Shown here one piece after another: positions 42,787-43,020 of a stretch of 43,020 nt of DNA. The stretch lies in the IMG/VR virus record IMGVR_UViG_2585427786_000006; one strand, written 5' to 3'. Source of the DNA: a virus. Taxonomy: Duplodnaviria > Heunggongvirae > Uroviricota > Caudoviricetes. Numbering within the stretch: position 1 is the first letter of the stretch; every line of letters begins with the position of its first letter. A program made the translations under genes and the position numbers. A model generated the notes under the pieces. That model ran no database searches, had not been told where the DNA came from, and saw nothing but the letters and a program-made list of their open reading frames with translations.

Positions 42787-43020
42787 TTACATTTTACCAT
42801 TTAAATTTTGGTTGTCTTTAAGAACTGATATCGCTGTTTGTAATAATTCTTTGTTATCCAGCCATGATTTTTTCTTTATGTTTCCTTCAATGTAATCAAG
42901 CAATGTTCTGGTATTGATAGGTCTTCCCTGTTTTGCTACTTCCACTACAGCATCCCCTAGGATAATTCTTACTTCAGGAAGCTGCGCAGGGAACCACTTT
43001 AGGGTGTCTTTTGATTTCAT
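42787..43020 (-). CDS. ydfK: YdfK/YnaE-family cold-shock-inducible prophage protein (77 aa)
   Basis: MKSKDTLKWFPAQLPEVRIILGDAVVEVAKQGRPINTRTLLDY... recognised as YdfK/YnaE; start codon is the last three bases of the window. Confidence 0.7.
   Translation of the reverse strand: MKSKDTLKWFPAQLPEVRIILGDAVVEVAKQGRPINTRTLLDYIEGNIKKKSWLDNKELLQTAISVLKDNQNLNGKM

Overview
The window is essentially one near-complete lambdoid prophage of about 43 kb, read entirely from sequence and ORF translations with no database search, so every family name below is a recognition call from memory. Gene order left to right: a 44-codon integrase remnant, an xis-like gene, a leftward early operon (823-aa exonuclease with a DnaQ-like DEDDh domain, ydfD-like, dicB, DicF sRNA), a DicA/DicC immunity switch, a replication module with in-gene iterons, a nin-like region (hok-family toxin, DUF968 protein), antiterminator Q with a late promoter and terminator, an accessory island (lipocalin blc, DUF523-DUF1722 fusion, AppY-like AraC regulator), a phage-21-type lysis cassette (pinholin, SAR endolysin, Rz/Rz1), cold-shock/gns genes, a lambda-like cos site, terminase, portal, a protease-capsid fusion, lambda-like tail genes Z-U-V-G/T-H-M-L-K-I-J, lom, stf, tfa, a pin invertase and ydfK. 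No large unexplained multi-gene system is present. The best candidate for something undescribed is a convergent two-gene insert with its own hairpin terminator sitting between the holin and the endolysin, followed by the accessory island at the Q-lysis junction. Signs of decay are the truncated integrase, an in-frame amber codon in the tape-measure gene, and an early-region ORF carrying two in-frame stops. No tRNA, rRNA or CRISPR array was found.
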